64,000 bases of DNA from an uncultured Candidatus Kuenenia sp. (GTDB taxonomy: Bacteria; Planctomycetota; UBA11346), in assembly GCA_964654285.1 (NCBI GenBank), contig CAZZJC010000006.1:67288-131287 (forward strand). The letters are read 5' to 3'. Positions 17,419 through 27,127 of this stretch are shown here, piece after piece. Every line of letters begins with the position of its first letter. The first letter of the stretch is position 1. The notes under the pieces were generated by a model. The model was not told the origin of the DNA. It saw only the letters and a program-made list of their open reading frames with translations, and made no database searches. The translations under genes were made by a program, and so were the position numbers.

Positions 17419-18531
17419 TCATCCCGCAGCACTGCGGGTCCGGGCGAGTTCGAGCATGGCCCACATGACCTGGGCAGAACAGTGCCAACCGCCCGGTTGA
17501 GCAGGCTGTGGTCGATGAATCCCGCCCTGTGCCAGCGCAGCCAAGGCATCAGCGAATCCCGACACCGTCAGGGACACCGGGCGCAGTGCGTCGCTGGCCG
17601 CCTCGCGCAATTCCGGCAAATCTCCCGCAATCACCGGGGTGCCGCAGCGGGCTGCTTCCAGGGCGGGCATGCCGAAACCCTCATACCGGGTAGGAAACAG
17701 CAGGGCTTCTGCCCCGGTCATCAACGCGGGGAGATCAGTCCGCGGAACATAGCCGAGATGGTGGATGGGTGCACCCGATACGCGGGCAGAGCGTGCCAAA
17801 GGATCCGCGCCCCAACCGCTACGCCCGGCGACCGCCAATTTGAGCCTGCCCAGGCGTCCAGCGGTGTGGACCTGTTCCGCAGCGGCAAGAAGCAGTCCAT
17901 AGTTTTTGCGGGGTTCCCTGGTACCGACTGCGAGGGCATAGGGTTTCTCCAAACCGTGCCGACGCAGGACCGCGCTCACCTCTGCCACCGGCCTGGGTGA
18001 GAAACCCGGGTCGGCATCCGGTCGGGCGATACCATCAACAGTATGACCATAGCGGTCCTGGATGCGCTTGGCTGTGCCCGCCGAGATGGCAACTGCGGCA
18101 TCTGCGCGCCGCAAATCACTGGCAAAGAACATCTTGGCGACGATCCGCCCGCCCAGGGTCATGGAATCAGGCGCTTCGAGGTGGACCACATCGTAGAGTG
18201 TGAGCAGTCCGGGGATCCCCTTGGGGCAACGCGGCATGGCCATGCTGCACCCCCAGAAGGCATCGATGCGGTCGCCGCGCAGCATGGCCCCGACTCGTTC
18301 GCGCATCCATACGGTCTGCGGCACGCCTCTGGGCCACCAGGGATCGGTACGCCAGAAGTGTTCGATCCCAGGCAGGTCGATATCCTGCCGACACGGCAGG
18401 TAGATGACCACTTCCAGGGGGCGGATCGCTGCCATCGCCCGCAGCAGGGCCGCGACATAGAGGCCAATTCCTGCGACGGGAGCGCGCACAGCACGGCCAT
18501 CGATGGCGAGGCGGAAGGGAGGGTCTGACAT
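17419..18531 (-). CDS. GT4 family glycosyltransferase (group 1)
   Basis: MSDPPFRLAIDGRAVRAPVAGIGLYV...VGTREPRKNYGLLL...RYEGFGMPALEAARCGTPVIAGD carries the GT4 EX7E region. The start is placed at M99 of the listed ORF because the N-terminal 98 aa look non-proteinaceous. Confidence 0.8.
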   Translation of the reverse strand: MSDPPFRLAIDGRAVRAPVAGIGLYVAALLRAMAAIRPLEVVIYLPCRQDIDLPGIEHFWRTDPWWPRGVPQTVWMRERVGAMLRGDRIDAFWGCSMAMPRCPKGIPGLLTLYDVVHLEAPDSMTLGGRIVAKMFFASDLRRADAAVAISAGTAKRIQDRYGHTVDGIARPDADPGFSPRPVAEVSAVLRRHGLEKPYALAVGTREPRKNYGLLLAAAEQVHTAGRLGRLKLAVAGRSGWGADPLARSARVSGAPIHHLGYVPRTDLPALMTGAEALLFPTRYEGFGMPALEAARCGTPVIAGDLPELREAASDALRPVSLTVSGFADALAALAQGGIHRPQPAQPGGWHCSAQVMWAMLELARTRSAAG

Positions 18532-18603
18532 CGTCGCGGGAACCCGGCTGAGGGCGAGGCCTGCATAGGCTGCTATCGGAGCGGGGCAAGATGTCCGTCG
18601 CCG

Positions 18604-19296
18604 GTGCGATCTCCGGCATGGACAGGCCCAAGCAGTCGGGATCATGGCCAACCCATGACAGGACCCAGCCCCGTCGATGAACTCATGCAGCGGGTCGCCG
18701 CCAGGGCCGCCTGGTACCGCCGGGCGGACGCCCGGGATGGTCTGGCCCTGCCGGAACCATTGCCGGCGCTGAGCCGGCCGGAAGCGCCGCGCGCGGTTCC
18801 GCAGCATCCCCGGGTCGGCCTGCATGAATTGCTCTCGCTACGAGGGGGTGATGTCGTTTCATCAGCCTATGAACGCCTGCTCTGGCGCTGCGCGAGTCCC
18901 GAGGAACTGGCCTTCCGGCTCGAACTGTTCCGCAGCGGCCGCCAAGATGTCTTCACCCTGATCCATGATCTTCGCCACAGTCCCGAGGGCATCCGTTGCG
19001 GGGTGCGGATCACCGGCAAAGGTTGGCGAAGGATCATCTTCGCCGTGCTCCGTCTTCCGATGGGCCGGCGCATGTGGCTTGGTTTGCGGGCCTTATTCGC
19101 CCTGCCCCGCTTGCGGGTCGACATCGGAGCCGAGTTGAGGCGTCAGGATCAACGTGTCGAGCGAATCGAGCACGCCCTGGGCGGCTTCGGACCGAAAGCT
19201 GCCCATGATCCGGAAACCGCTCAGGCTCTGCGGTGCCGGCTCGCGGCCCTTGAGCGTAGGGTCGCGGTCCTTGAACAGACGGTAGACCGTCCGTGA
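18604..19296 (+). CDS. DUF4214-like domain protein with a short C-terminal coiled coil (truncated WbdD-like paralog without a catalytic domain)
   Basis: VVSSAYERLLWRCASPEELAFRLELFRSGRQDVFTLIHDLRHSPEG has a DUF4214-like pattern. The C-terminus LRRQDQRVERIEHAL...LRCRLAALERRVAVLEQTV is a predicted coiled coil. An alternative start is at 18655. The stop overlaps the start of the following GT (ATGA). Confidence 0.5.
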   Translation: MRSPAWTGPSSRDHGQPMTGPSPVDELMQRVAARAAWYRRADARDGLALPEPLPALSRPEAPRAVPQHPRVGLHELLSLRGGDVVSSAYERLLWRCASPEELAFRLELFRSGRQDVFTLIHDLRHSPEGIRCGVRITGKGWRRIIFAVLRLPMGRRMWLGLRALFALPRLRVDIGAELRRQDQRVERIEHALGGFGPKAAHDPETAQALRCRLAALERRVAVLEQTVDRP

Positions 19297-21608
19297 TGAA
19301 TAAACGCATCGGCATCGTCGTCCCCTGGTATGGTGAAGCCCTGCGTGGCGGGGCAGAGACCGTGGCGCGGCAAGTGGCGCTCCGACTTGCCGCACGTGGT
19401 CATACGGTCGAAGTCCTCACCACGTGCTGCCGGTCCTTCCTGGACGACTGGGCGGTGAACCACCTGCCAGAGGGTTCGTCCGCCGATGGTCCGATACGGG
19501 TTAGCCGCTTCCCCGTCGATCCGCGCGATGCGCATGCTTTCAACTCGGCCAATGGATTTCTGCTTGGGCTGCCACCGCATCATTTCTCGCCTGGATTGGC
19601 CATTCCAGATCCGGGGTTCGTACCGCACAACCTCCACAGCGCCGCGCTCGTCCGCCATGTGGTTGACCATGCCGCAGAATACCACCGCGTTCTTTTTACG
19701 CCCTATCTGTACGGACCGATCCTGCGTGGTGCCCCGGCGGTCGCCGAACGGGCGGTTCTGCAACCCTGCCTGCATGACGAATCCTACGCCTACCTGGAAC
19801 CCATCCACGCCATGTTCCAGACAGTGCGTCGGTGCGCCTTCCTGTCCCATGGCGAGGCGGACCTTGCCGAGCGGATCTACGGTCCTGCGGTGATCGATGG
19901 TTCCATCGTGGTCGGATCGGGGATCGAAAGCGAAGAGTTAACCACGTCGGTCGCCGCCGGGGCTGATTCCCCGCTCATCCCCGAAGGGCCGTTCCTGCTC
20001 TACCTTGGTCGGCGCGATGCCACCAAGGGGGCCGACCTGCTGATCGACGGTTGGCGCCGCTACCAGGCTGCCCATCCAGGCAATCCGCTGGCATTGGTCC
20101 TGGCCGGACCAGGCCCGAAATCCTACACCGACCATGCGCTGCGGGTGACAGATCTCGGCCTGGTCAATGCCGCAACCAAGGCGGCTTTGCTGCGGGGTTG
20201 CCTTGCCCTGGTCCACCCCAGCCGCAATGAAAGCTACTCGCGCAGTCTGATGGAAGCCTGGCATTGCGGCCGCCCGGCGGTGGTTCATGCGCATTGCCCC
20301 GCCACCGCCGGGGCCATGGCGCGGGCGGGGGCAGGATGGCTTGCTAGTGAAGATCCGGATGCGTGGGCCCAGGCCATCGAGTGCGTCGCGGTATCGACGC
20401 AGGCCGAACGAGATGCGTTTGGTTCCCGTGGCGTCGCCTATGCGGCCGAGCACGCAGACTGGGAACGCTGTATCGACCGCTACGAGCAGCTCCTTGATCT
20501 TGCACCTACAACGGTGGCGACCATCCCGTTGCGAGCACGCCTGGGTCGGATCGATCAGGTCCTGACCGGATTCGACCTCGGAGATGCTATCTCGGAGGAG
20601 GCGCTCACGATCCAGCGTTGGTTGCGATCCCATGGGTGGCTCTCCGACATCGTTGCCCAGTATATCCAGGGACCGTTGCGCAGCGCCTGTGTGCCATGGC
20701 GAACTGGTCTGGTGAACCCTTCAGCCGGTATCATCTACCATCATTCGATCGGATCTGAGATCGCGACCGACGCAATTGCCCACCCCGGGCCCAAAGCCTT
20801 GATCTACCACAATATCACCCCGCCAAAATTTTTCACGGCGTATAAACCGGAACTCGCCAAGATGCTTCAGGATGGGCTCGACCATCTGCCCAGCGCTTGC
20901 GCCAGTTTCCCGCACCTCTGGGCGGATTCGGCCTTCAATGCCCGGGAATTGGCAGTTGCTGCGGGTCGACCCGTGGAGGTGCTGCCCCTGTCGGTGCCGC
21001 CCGCCAAATGGGCGGTGACGCCCGACCAGGGACTTCTCGCCGCCTTGCGCCGGGATCAGGTGCGCAACGTGCTGTTCGTCGGCCGGGTGGCGCCCAACAA
21101 GTGCCAGCATGATCTGGTGCGGATGTTCTGGCATCTGCTGCGGATGGGGGTCAATGCCAGACTCTGCCTGGTCGGACAGGTCTTCCCTGGGGATCCCTAT
21201 GTGGAGGAGGTCCAATCGCTCGCCGCCAATCTCGGCATCGCGAGCCGCGTCTGGATGCCCAACAAGATCACGGTGAGCGAATTGACCGCGGTCTGGAAGG
21301 TGGCGGATGTCTTCGTCAGCCTGAGTGAGCACGAAGGCTTCGGTGTGCCCCTGGTCGAAGCCATGCTGTTCGGCGTTCCCGTCGTCGCGTTTTCATGCAC
21401 CGCGATTGCCGAAACGCTGGGCGGTGTCGGTGTTCTGATGCCCGACAAGGGCGACCTGGTTGAAACTGCAGCAACCGTCGAGACCATCCTGGAAGATGCC
21501 AATCTGAGTGCGGAAATCGTCGCGCGCCAACGCGTGCGACGGATGGATTTCCTGCCTGCGGCAATAGAAAAAAGATATGAAACCTTGATTGGGGGGGCGT
21601 TTCATTGA
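19293..21608 (+). CDS. Two-module GT4 glycosyltransferase, 771 aa (paralog of modules 1 and 2 of the 1160-aa GT)
   Basis: IGIVVPWYGEALRGGAETVARQVALRLAARGHTVEVLTTC (module 1) and ...NVLFVGRVAPNKCQHDLV...EHEGFGVPLVEAMLFGVPVVAFS (module 2). The sequence is colinear with aa 1-~770 of ORF 10052..13534. Confidence 0.85.
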   Translation: MMNKRIGIVVPWYGEALRGGAETVARQVALRLAARGHTVEVLTTCCRSFLDDWAVNHLPEGSSADGPIRVSRFPVDPRDAHAFNSANGFLLGLPPHHFSPGLAIPDPGFVPHNLHSAALVRHVVDHAAEYHRVLFTPYLYGPILRGAPAVAERAVLQPCLHDESYAYLEPIHAMFQTVRRCAFLSHGEADLAERIYGPAVIDGSIVVGSGIESEELTTSVAAGADSPLIPEGPFLLYLGRRDATKGADLLIDGWRRYQAAHPGNPLALVLAGPGPKSYTDHALRVTDLGLVNAATKAALLRGCLALVHPSRNESYSRSLMEAWHCGRPAVVHAHCPATAGAMARAGAGWLASEDPDAWAQAIECVAVSTQAERDAFGSRGVAYAAEHADWERCIDRYEQLLDLAPTTVATIPLRARLGRIDQVLTGFDLGDAISEEALTIQRWLRSHGWLSDIVAQYIQGPLRSACVPWRTGLVNPSAGIIYHHSIGSEIATDAIAHPGPKALIYHNITPPKFFTAYKPELAKMLQDGLDHLPSACASFPHLWADSAFNARELAVAAGRPVEVLPLSVPPAKWAVTPDQGLLAALRRDQVRNVLFVGRVAPNKCQHDLVRMFWHLLRMGVNARLCLVGQVFPGDPYVEEVQSLAANLGIASRVWMPNKITVSELTAVWKVADVFVSLSEHEGFGVPLVEAMLFGVPVVAFSCTAIAETLGGVGVLMPDKGDLVETAATVETILEDANLSAEIVARQRVRRMDFLPAAIEKRYETLIGGAFH

Positions 21609-22777
21609 TTAAGCCGCGCATCGCGATGGTCGTCCAGCGGTATGGCCTCGAGGTCGCCGGCGGGGCCGAGTCTGTCGCGCGCGGGATCGCCCAGAAGATG
21701 GCTTCGGGTCCTTGGGAGGTTGAAGTCCTGACTACCTGCGCGATTCATTACGGCACCTGGAGGAACCATTATCCTTCAGGAAAGCTGCAAGACGGACCAG
21801 TCCTCGTGCGCCGTTTCCCGGTCGCAAGGGAGCGTCAAGAGTCTGCCTTCACCGCGTGGTGCAACCGGATCGGACACCAACCCGAACACGTCAGCCCTGC
21901 CGAAGCGGAAGCATGGATGCAGGCCCAGGGCCCTGATTGTCCGCAACTCACCGACTGGGTCGCCGAGAACGGCCATTGCTATGCTGGCGTGATGGCGTTC
22001 ACCTATCTCTATGCGACCACGGTGAACGCCTTGCGAGCCGCGCCAAAGGGAAGACGGATCCTGGTCCCCTTTGCCCACGATGAGTGGACTTTGCGTCTGC
22101 CGATCTGGCTTGAGTGGTTCGCGAACGTCGATCGCCTCGTGTACAGCACCGAAGAAGAGGAGAGCCTGCTGACATCCCGTTTTCCCGCATTGCGCGGGCG
22201 TGGGAGCGTGGTTGGTCAAGGTTTCACGCCACCGCCCCTTGGCAATGCCGACCGGTTCCGACAGACATTCGGTATCTACCGGGATTTCCTGCTCTACTGC
22301 GGCAGAATCGATCTGAACAAAGGGGTCGACATCCTGCTCGAACAACACGCGCGCTGGCGCAGGGTCGATGCAACCGCCCCCGATCTGGTGCTGATCGGCC
22401 AGGAAATGATCCAATTGCCCGCGCAACCAGGGGTGCATCGACTCGGGTTCGTCACCGACACCGTACGCGTTGATGCCCTGGCTGCGTGCCGGGCTTTGAT
22501 CAATCCCAGTGCCCTGGAGAGTTTAAGCCTCGTATTGCTCGAAGCCTGGTCCGCCGGTCGGCCGACGCTGTGCAATGCCGCCTGCGCGGTGATGGTCGGT
22601 CAGAGCCGGCGCAGTGGCGGGGGACTCTGGTATCGGGATGACGCCGAACTGCGCGCCGCGTGGGATATGATTAGGCATTCCCCACCGGATGCCGCCTCAG
22701 CCGGGCGTTGGGCCCGCGAGCGCTACGCGTGGCCGGCCATCATCGCCGGCTATGCGGCGTCTCTTCCCACGATGTGA
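21605..22777 (+). CDS. Single-module GT4 glycosyltransferase, 390 aa (paralog of module 3 of the 1160-aa GT)
   Basis: IAMVVQRYGLEVAGGAESVARGIAQKMASGPWEVEVLTTC...LLEAWSAGRPTLCNAACAVM. The start overlaps the stop of the upstream GT (ATGA). Confidence 0.85.
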   Translation: MIKPRIAMVVQRYGLEVAGGAESVARGIAQKMASGPWEVEVLTTCAIHYGTWRNHYPSGKLQDGPVLVRRFPVARERQESAFTAWCNRIGHQPEHVSPAEAEAWMQAQGPDCPQLTDWVAENGHCYAGVMAFTYLYATTVNALRAAPKGRRILVPFAHDEWTLRLPIWLEWFANVDRLVYSTEEEESLLTSRFPALRGRGSVVGQGFTPPPLGNADRFRQTFGIYRDFLLYCGRIDLNKGVDILLEQHARWRRVDATAPDLVLIGQEMIQLPAQPGVHRLGFVTDTVRVDALAACRALINPSALESLSLVLLEAWSAGRPTLCNAACAVMVGQSRRSGGGLWYRDDAELRAAWDMIRHSPPDAASAGRWARERYAWPAIIAGYAASLPTM

Positions 22778-23819
22778 TCACGGGGTCGCGGCCGCAGTAC
22801 CATCAGCCCAGACCCGCAGGCCCTGTCGAGCCAGATACAATGGGATGACCGTGAATCCGGCCTGGGTAAGGTCGCGCTGGAGGATCCGCTTGGCCTCGGA
22901 TCGATGCCTGCAGAGCAGGGTCACGGAACCGCCGTCACCACCAGCACCATTGACCTTGCATCCAAGCACGCCATGCGCCTGGGCGATGGTGATCACACGT
23001 TCGAAATCGGTGCCAACCAAGGCAGGATGCAAGGCGCGTTGGGCCTCGGTGTTCTCGTTCCACACTGTACCCAGGCCTGACCAATCTCCACGCATCAGTG
23101 CGTCTTTAGCCCGCAGGGCCAGACTGCGGAAACGTTCGAGGCGGACATCGGCATGAGCTTCAGGTCCGAGGTGCCGGATGACGTCCTGATGCACGGCAGA
23201 CGATTGGTGCGGTTTTCCTATGTAGACCAGCACCATGCGCCGTTCGAGTTCCCACCAGAGAGGGTTGGAAAGTTGGATCGGAGACACCGACGCATCGGGG
23301 AAACGGCTCATCTCGATCAGGTTGACTCCACCGTAGGCGGCACAGAGTTGATCCTGGATGCCGCTTTGAAGGGACAGGTCTTCCGTTTCGATGCGATGCG
23401 CCAACCGCGCGATCTCGTAGGGAGTGAGCGTTCCGGCAGAAAGCCGGTCGAGAGCGGCGATGATCGCCACCGAGACCGAGGCCGAGGTGCCGGTCGAGGC
23501 CCCTGGCGGGACCTCGCAAAAGATGCTGACATCGATGGAGGTGCGTTCCGGGATCTGCAGCCGGCGCAGGGCGCATTCCAGGAGCGGCAGCTTGTCGTAG
23601 GCCCGGTCGAGCTCTTCCATGGTGAAGTGCAGGCCGAAGTTCTCGGCATGGACGGCAACCCGGGGCTGGTCAGGACGTCGTTCCCGGGTGGTAATCTGCA
23701 CCTCGACGTAGGGATAGACCGCAATGTTGCACACCCGGCCGTGACCGGCGAACCAGGTATCGGTCCAGCCTCCTACATCGGCGACGCGGATCGGGGCGAC
23801 AGCGGTGATGGTGGTCATG
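22778..23819 (-). CDS. GHMP-family sugar kinase (HddA-like), copy 1
   Basis: MTTITAVAPIRVADVGGWTDTWF...CEVPPGASTGTSASVSVAIIAAL (GHMP motif II)...KVNGAGGDGGSVTLL (motif III). The second half of the gene has lower GC3. Confidence 0.8.
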
Positions 23820-23963
23820 CGGATCGGTTTCCTTGTTTGGGCGCGCAGCCTGCCGGCAATGGGCCGGTTCGTAAAGAGGCTGTCGGTCAAGGCGGAACTA
23901 CTAGGAAAGCGGCACCCAGGATGAGCCCCTGGCATCGATGTCTGCTGTGCGAAGATCACGGGC

Positions 23964-25361
23964 ATGAACCGTGCGCAGCAATCGGGGATTCTCTGGTGCG
24001 ATATCGGGGATCTCCTCGACTATTTCGCTCTTTATTCTCGTCCATCTGGAATTCAACGGGTAGTGGTAGAGGTTCTGCGGATGGCGCGACTGCGGTGCCT
24101 GCCCGAAGTGCGTTTGTGCCGGATCACCCCGGGTGGACGGCTGCTGCACCTGGACTGGAGTTGGCTTGATCAGGTGTCCAAACCCCCGACACCGCCGGTA
24201 GTAGCCGCCCCAGGCAAACCTCATCTCATTTCGGTGAAATTGGCCACCCACCTGCGCCAATGTGCGAAAAACGCTGTGCATTTGACATTCGCGTGTTTCC
24301 CGGGCGACAGCGGTGATCGATTCCGTCGATGGATCCGCCCCTTGCGCATTCCGCCAGCCCGACGGAAATGGCATGCGTCACTGGCGGCCGCAGGTGTTCC
24401 CTCGCTGCCGTCCGCTAGCGATCTGGTGGTGACCCTTGGTGCCCCCTGGATCCGACCTGGCTGCGAAAAGGATATGGAGCAGGTCCTGGCGCAAAGTGGG
24501 GCACGTTACGCGGTGCTCGTCTACGACTTGATTCCGCTCACCCATCCGCATCTGTTTCCGGATGAGCCGAACCCGTTCATGCCCTGGTTGGATTGGGCCC
24601 TCAAGCGGGCCTGTCTGGTGCAGACGATATCCCATTATTCTGCCCGGACGATTGCAGCCTACCGGGAAAATCGTGGCTTTCCCCTGGTCCCTACCGAGGT
24701 CATCCGCCTCGGCGATCCCCTGCAGGCATCGACGCGTGCCCCCAATCCGCTGCCCCCTCATATCAGGTTCATCCTCTGCGTTGGCACCATCGAAGCCCGC
24801 AAGAACCATCGCTTGCTGCTGGATACCTGGTTGATCCTGCGGGAGCGATTGGGGGAAAGATGCCCGCATCTGGTCTGGGCCGGACGCAAGGGCTGGTTGG
24901 TGGACGACCTGTTCACCCAACTCCGCGCCGCCCGCTGGCTCGAGGGACGCATCATCCATCTTCCCCAGGCCAGTGACGCCGAGTTGGAAACCCTGTACCG
25001 GGATTCGCTGTTCACTGTCTATCCCAGCCTGGCGGAAGGATGGGGCTTGCCGGTCGCTGAAAGTTTGTCCCGGGGCAAGGTGTGTATTGCCTCCAATAGC
25101 ACGTCGATCCCGGAAATCGCAGGCGACTTGCCTTACTTCATTGATCCCTTCGATCCACGTTCTTTGGCCGAACTAATCTGTCGTCTCCTCGACCAACCAG
25201 CCGAACTTGCTGCCCGGGAAGTCCGTATCCGGGAAACGTGGCGGGCACAACCCTGGTCGGTCTGTGCGGATCAGGTGTTGCGAGGTCTGGAAGAAACATT
25301 GGTCCTGAACGAATCCTGCCGATCACAAAGCACTGGTCCGAGCTGGTTGGGTCAGTCTTGA
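23964..25361 (+). CDS. GT4 family glycosyltransferase
   Basis: ...ILCVGTIEARKNHRLLLDTW...YPSLAEGWGLPVAESLSRGKVCIASNSTSIPEIAGD carries the GT4 EX7E motif region. Confidence 0.8.
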   Translation: MNRAQQSGILWCDIGDLLDYFALYSRPSGIQRVVVEVLRMARLRCLPEVRLCRITPGGRLLHLDWSWLDQVSKPPTPPVVAAPGKPHLISVKLATHLRQCAKNAVHLTFACFPGDSGDRFRRWIRPLRIPPARRKWHASLAAAGVPSLPSASDLVVTLGAPWIRPGCEKDMEQVLAQSGARYAVLVYDLIPLTHPHLFPDEPNPFMPWLDWALKRACLVQTISHYSARTIAAYRENRGFPLVPTEVIRLGDPLQASTRAPNPLPPHIRFILCVGTIEARKNHRLLLDTWLILRERLGERCPHLVWAGRKGWLVDDLFTQLRAARWLEGRIIHLPQASDAELETLYRDSLFTVYPSLAEGWGLPVAESLSRGKVCIASNSTSIPEIAGDLPYFIDPFDPRSLAELICRLLDQPAELAAREVRIRETWRAQPWSVCADQVLRGLEETLVLNESCRSQSTGPSWLGQS

Positions 25362-27127
25362 CCGTAAACGCGACGTATCGGTTGCCAATCCGACCAGTCC
25401 CAGATCCGATCCGGACGGGAATCAACCGAGACTGGGGTGCTATTCCATTCGTGCGGACCAAAGGACCTGACTGCCCGCCAATGCACCACCGCCCCAGCGG
25501 CCACTAACAAGCCGATGAACAGGAGAACGGGTTTTTGCCAGGCTGAATGGCATTTGAGGATCTTGATGATGAAAGGCACGCATAGCAAGGCGATGCTGAC
25601 GTATAGAGGTGCTTGTAAGCGGGGTCCGAAACTCCACCCACCCCACCAGTGTGGAAAGCAGGCAATGAGTATGGTTCCGACCACGACGTGCGCCGTAACT
25701 CCAATCCACAACCAGCGTCGATCCCGGTCGTAGACGATTCCTACTACCGCCCCCGGGATCGCGGCCAACATGACCGGATTGAAAATGAAAAAGCCGCGGT
25801 TGGGACTGAACCACTGGCCGAGGATGGCCTGCGGGAATACGGACGGATCAATGCGATTCCCACCATAATAGGGTGGGAATATCGTGCCGAATGCCGTCCA
25901 GGACCATGTGATAAAAAAAACGAGGACTAGCCCACATCCAAGCGCGAACCCAACCAACGGTGCGATGCGCCAACGATTGCCCAGAATCAGAAAGAGCAGC
26001 GCCACGGGTCCAATTAGCGCACCGTCTGGTCGGCACACGAAGGCAAATCCGACCAGCAGACCGGCCGCCAACGCGAGCAGCGGACCTCTGGCAGCGAGGG
26101 CCGCCCACCACGCAGCGGTCAGGCACGCTAGCATGGTGGAACTCGACCAGATAGAAAGCCCGTGTATACTGAGATGGGACGTAGCGAGTGTGAATACGGA
26201 TGCGCATATCGTTGCCGTCATCAAACCAGTTCCGACCTCCAATAGAAGGCCAAGGAATAGGGTTGCGGTCAAGGCGGTCATCACTCGGGAGGCCCATACG
26301 GCCACCGTTTGATCATCGAACCCCAAGATGTTCTGCACTGCCACGAAAGGGAGCAGCAGGCAGGAAGTTCCTGGTGGGAAGTAGTTGTATGGATTCCCGG
26401 TCGCGCCTAGGCGTATCCCGTAACTTTGCACAGTTACGATCTGCTCCTGCCACGCTGATAGGTCCAACGTCCTCTGGTAGAGGATTGCCTGAGCACCAGG
26501 AACATTCCACATATTATCACCAGTTCCAGCCAAGTTTTGGTGCCCGGTACCCAACCCAACCAGTACCAGGATGACAAGGAAGAAACCTGCCAACATGCGA
26601 AATCGCCCCGACGGGGTCAAAGCCACCAAGGCGATGGAAAGCACCCCCAAGCCGGCCAGCAGCCAACTAACTCCGTTAGCGGTCCCTGATCGGACCGCGA
26701 TGCGAAGTTGGTCAATGACTAACTCGGGTGTAGAAAGCTGGGAAAAAACACGCAATTCTACTTGCGCTGGAACCTTGGGGCCGGTCTGAAATGCGCGTAT
26801 TGCGTGCTTAGCCGATGGTGGGAATACCACCTCCTGAGCACCATCATCGTATCCCGGGGCCATGAGATCTATATGGATTTGTACAGGGGTGCGAGTTGAA
26901 AGCCACACGGTATAGGTAGACGAAGGTAGGGGCTTAATCACCCGCCACGTGAGCGACGGCAACCGGACTGTTCCATTGGCATCGACGGGAATCGACGACT
27001 GCCAAGCAGCTGGACTTTCCACCAACACGGTGTCGCCAATGCCCAGTCGGATGGAAATTCCCCAGGCGAGCAACAATATTCCTATGGCAACACCAAGCAA
27101 CCGGAAGAGAAACCAGCGGTTGATCAT
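25352..27127 (-). CDS. Large polytopic membrane protein (one N-terminal TM helix, ~170-aa periplasmic domain, then ≥10 TM helices); candidate GT-C-type lipid-linked-sugar glycosyltransferase
   Basis: MINRWFLFRLLGVAIGILLLAWG is a signal-anchor. A soluble β-rich segment follows, then a long hydrophobic region. The start overlaps the cysC stop (ATGA). GC is lower than in flanking DNA. No family was recognised from sequence alone. Confidence 0.55.
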   Translation of the reverse strand: MINRWFLFRLLGVAIGILLLAWGISIRLGIGDTVLVESPAAWQSSIPVDANGTVRLPSLTWRVIKPLPSSTYTVWLSTRTPVQIHIDLMAPGYDDGAQEVVFPPSAKHAIRAFQTGPKVPAQVELRVFSQLSTPELVIDQLRIAVRSGTANGVSWLLAGLGVLSIALVALTPSGRFRMLAGFFLVILVLVGLGTGHQNLAGTGDNMWNVPGAQAILYQRTLDLSAWQEQIVTVQSYGIRLGATGNPYNYFPPGTSCLLLPFVAVQNILGFDDQTVAVWASRVMTALTATLFLGLLLEVGTGLMTATICASVFTLATSHLSIHGLSIWSSSTMLACLTAAWWAALAARGPLLALAAGLLVGFAFVCRPDGALIGPVALLFLILGNRWRIAPLVGFALGCGLVLVFFITWSWTAFGTIFPPYYGGNRIDPSVFPQAILGQWFSPNRGFFIFNPVMLAAIPGAVVGIVYDRDRRWLWIGVTAHVVVGTILIACFPHWWGGWSFGPRLQAPLYVSIALLCVPFIIKILKCHSAWQKPVLLFIGLLVAAGAVVHWRAVRSFGPHEWNSTPVSVDSRPDRIWDWSDWQPIRRVYGQD

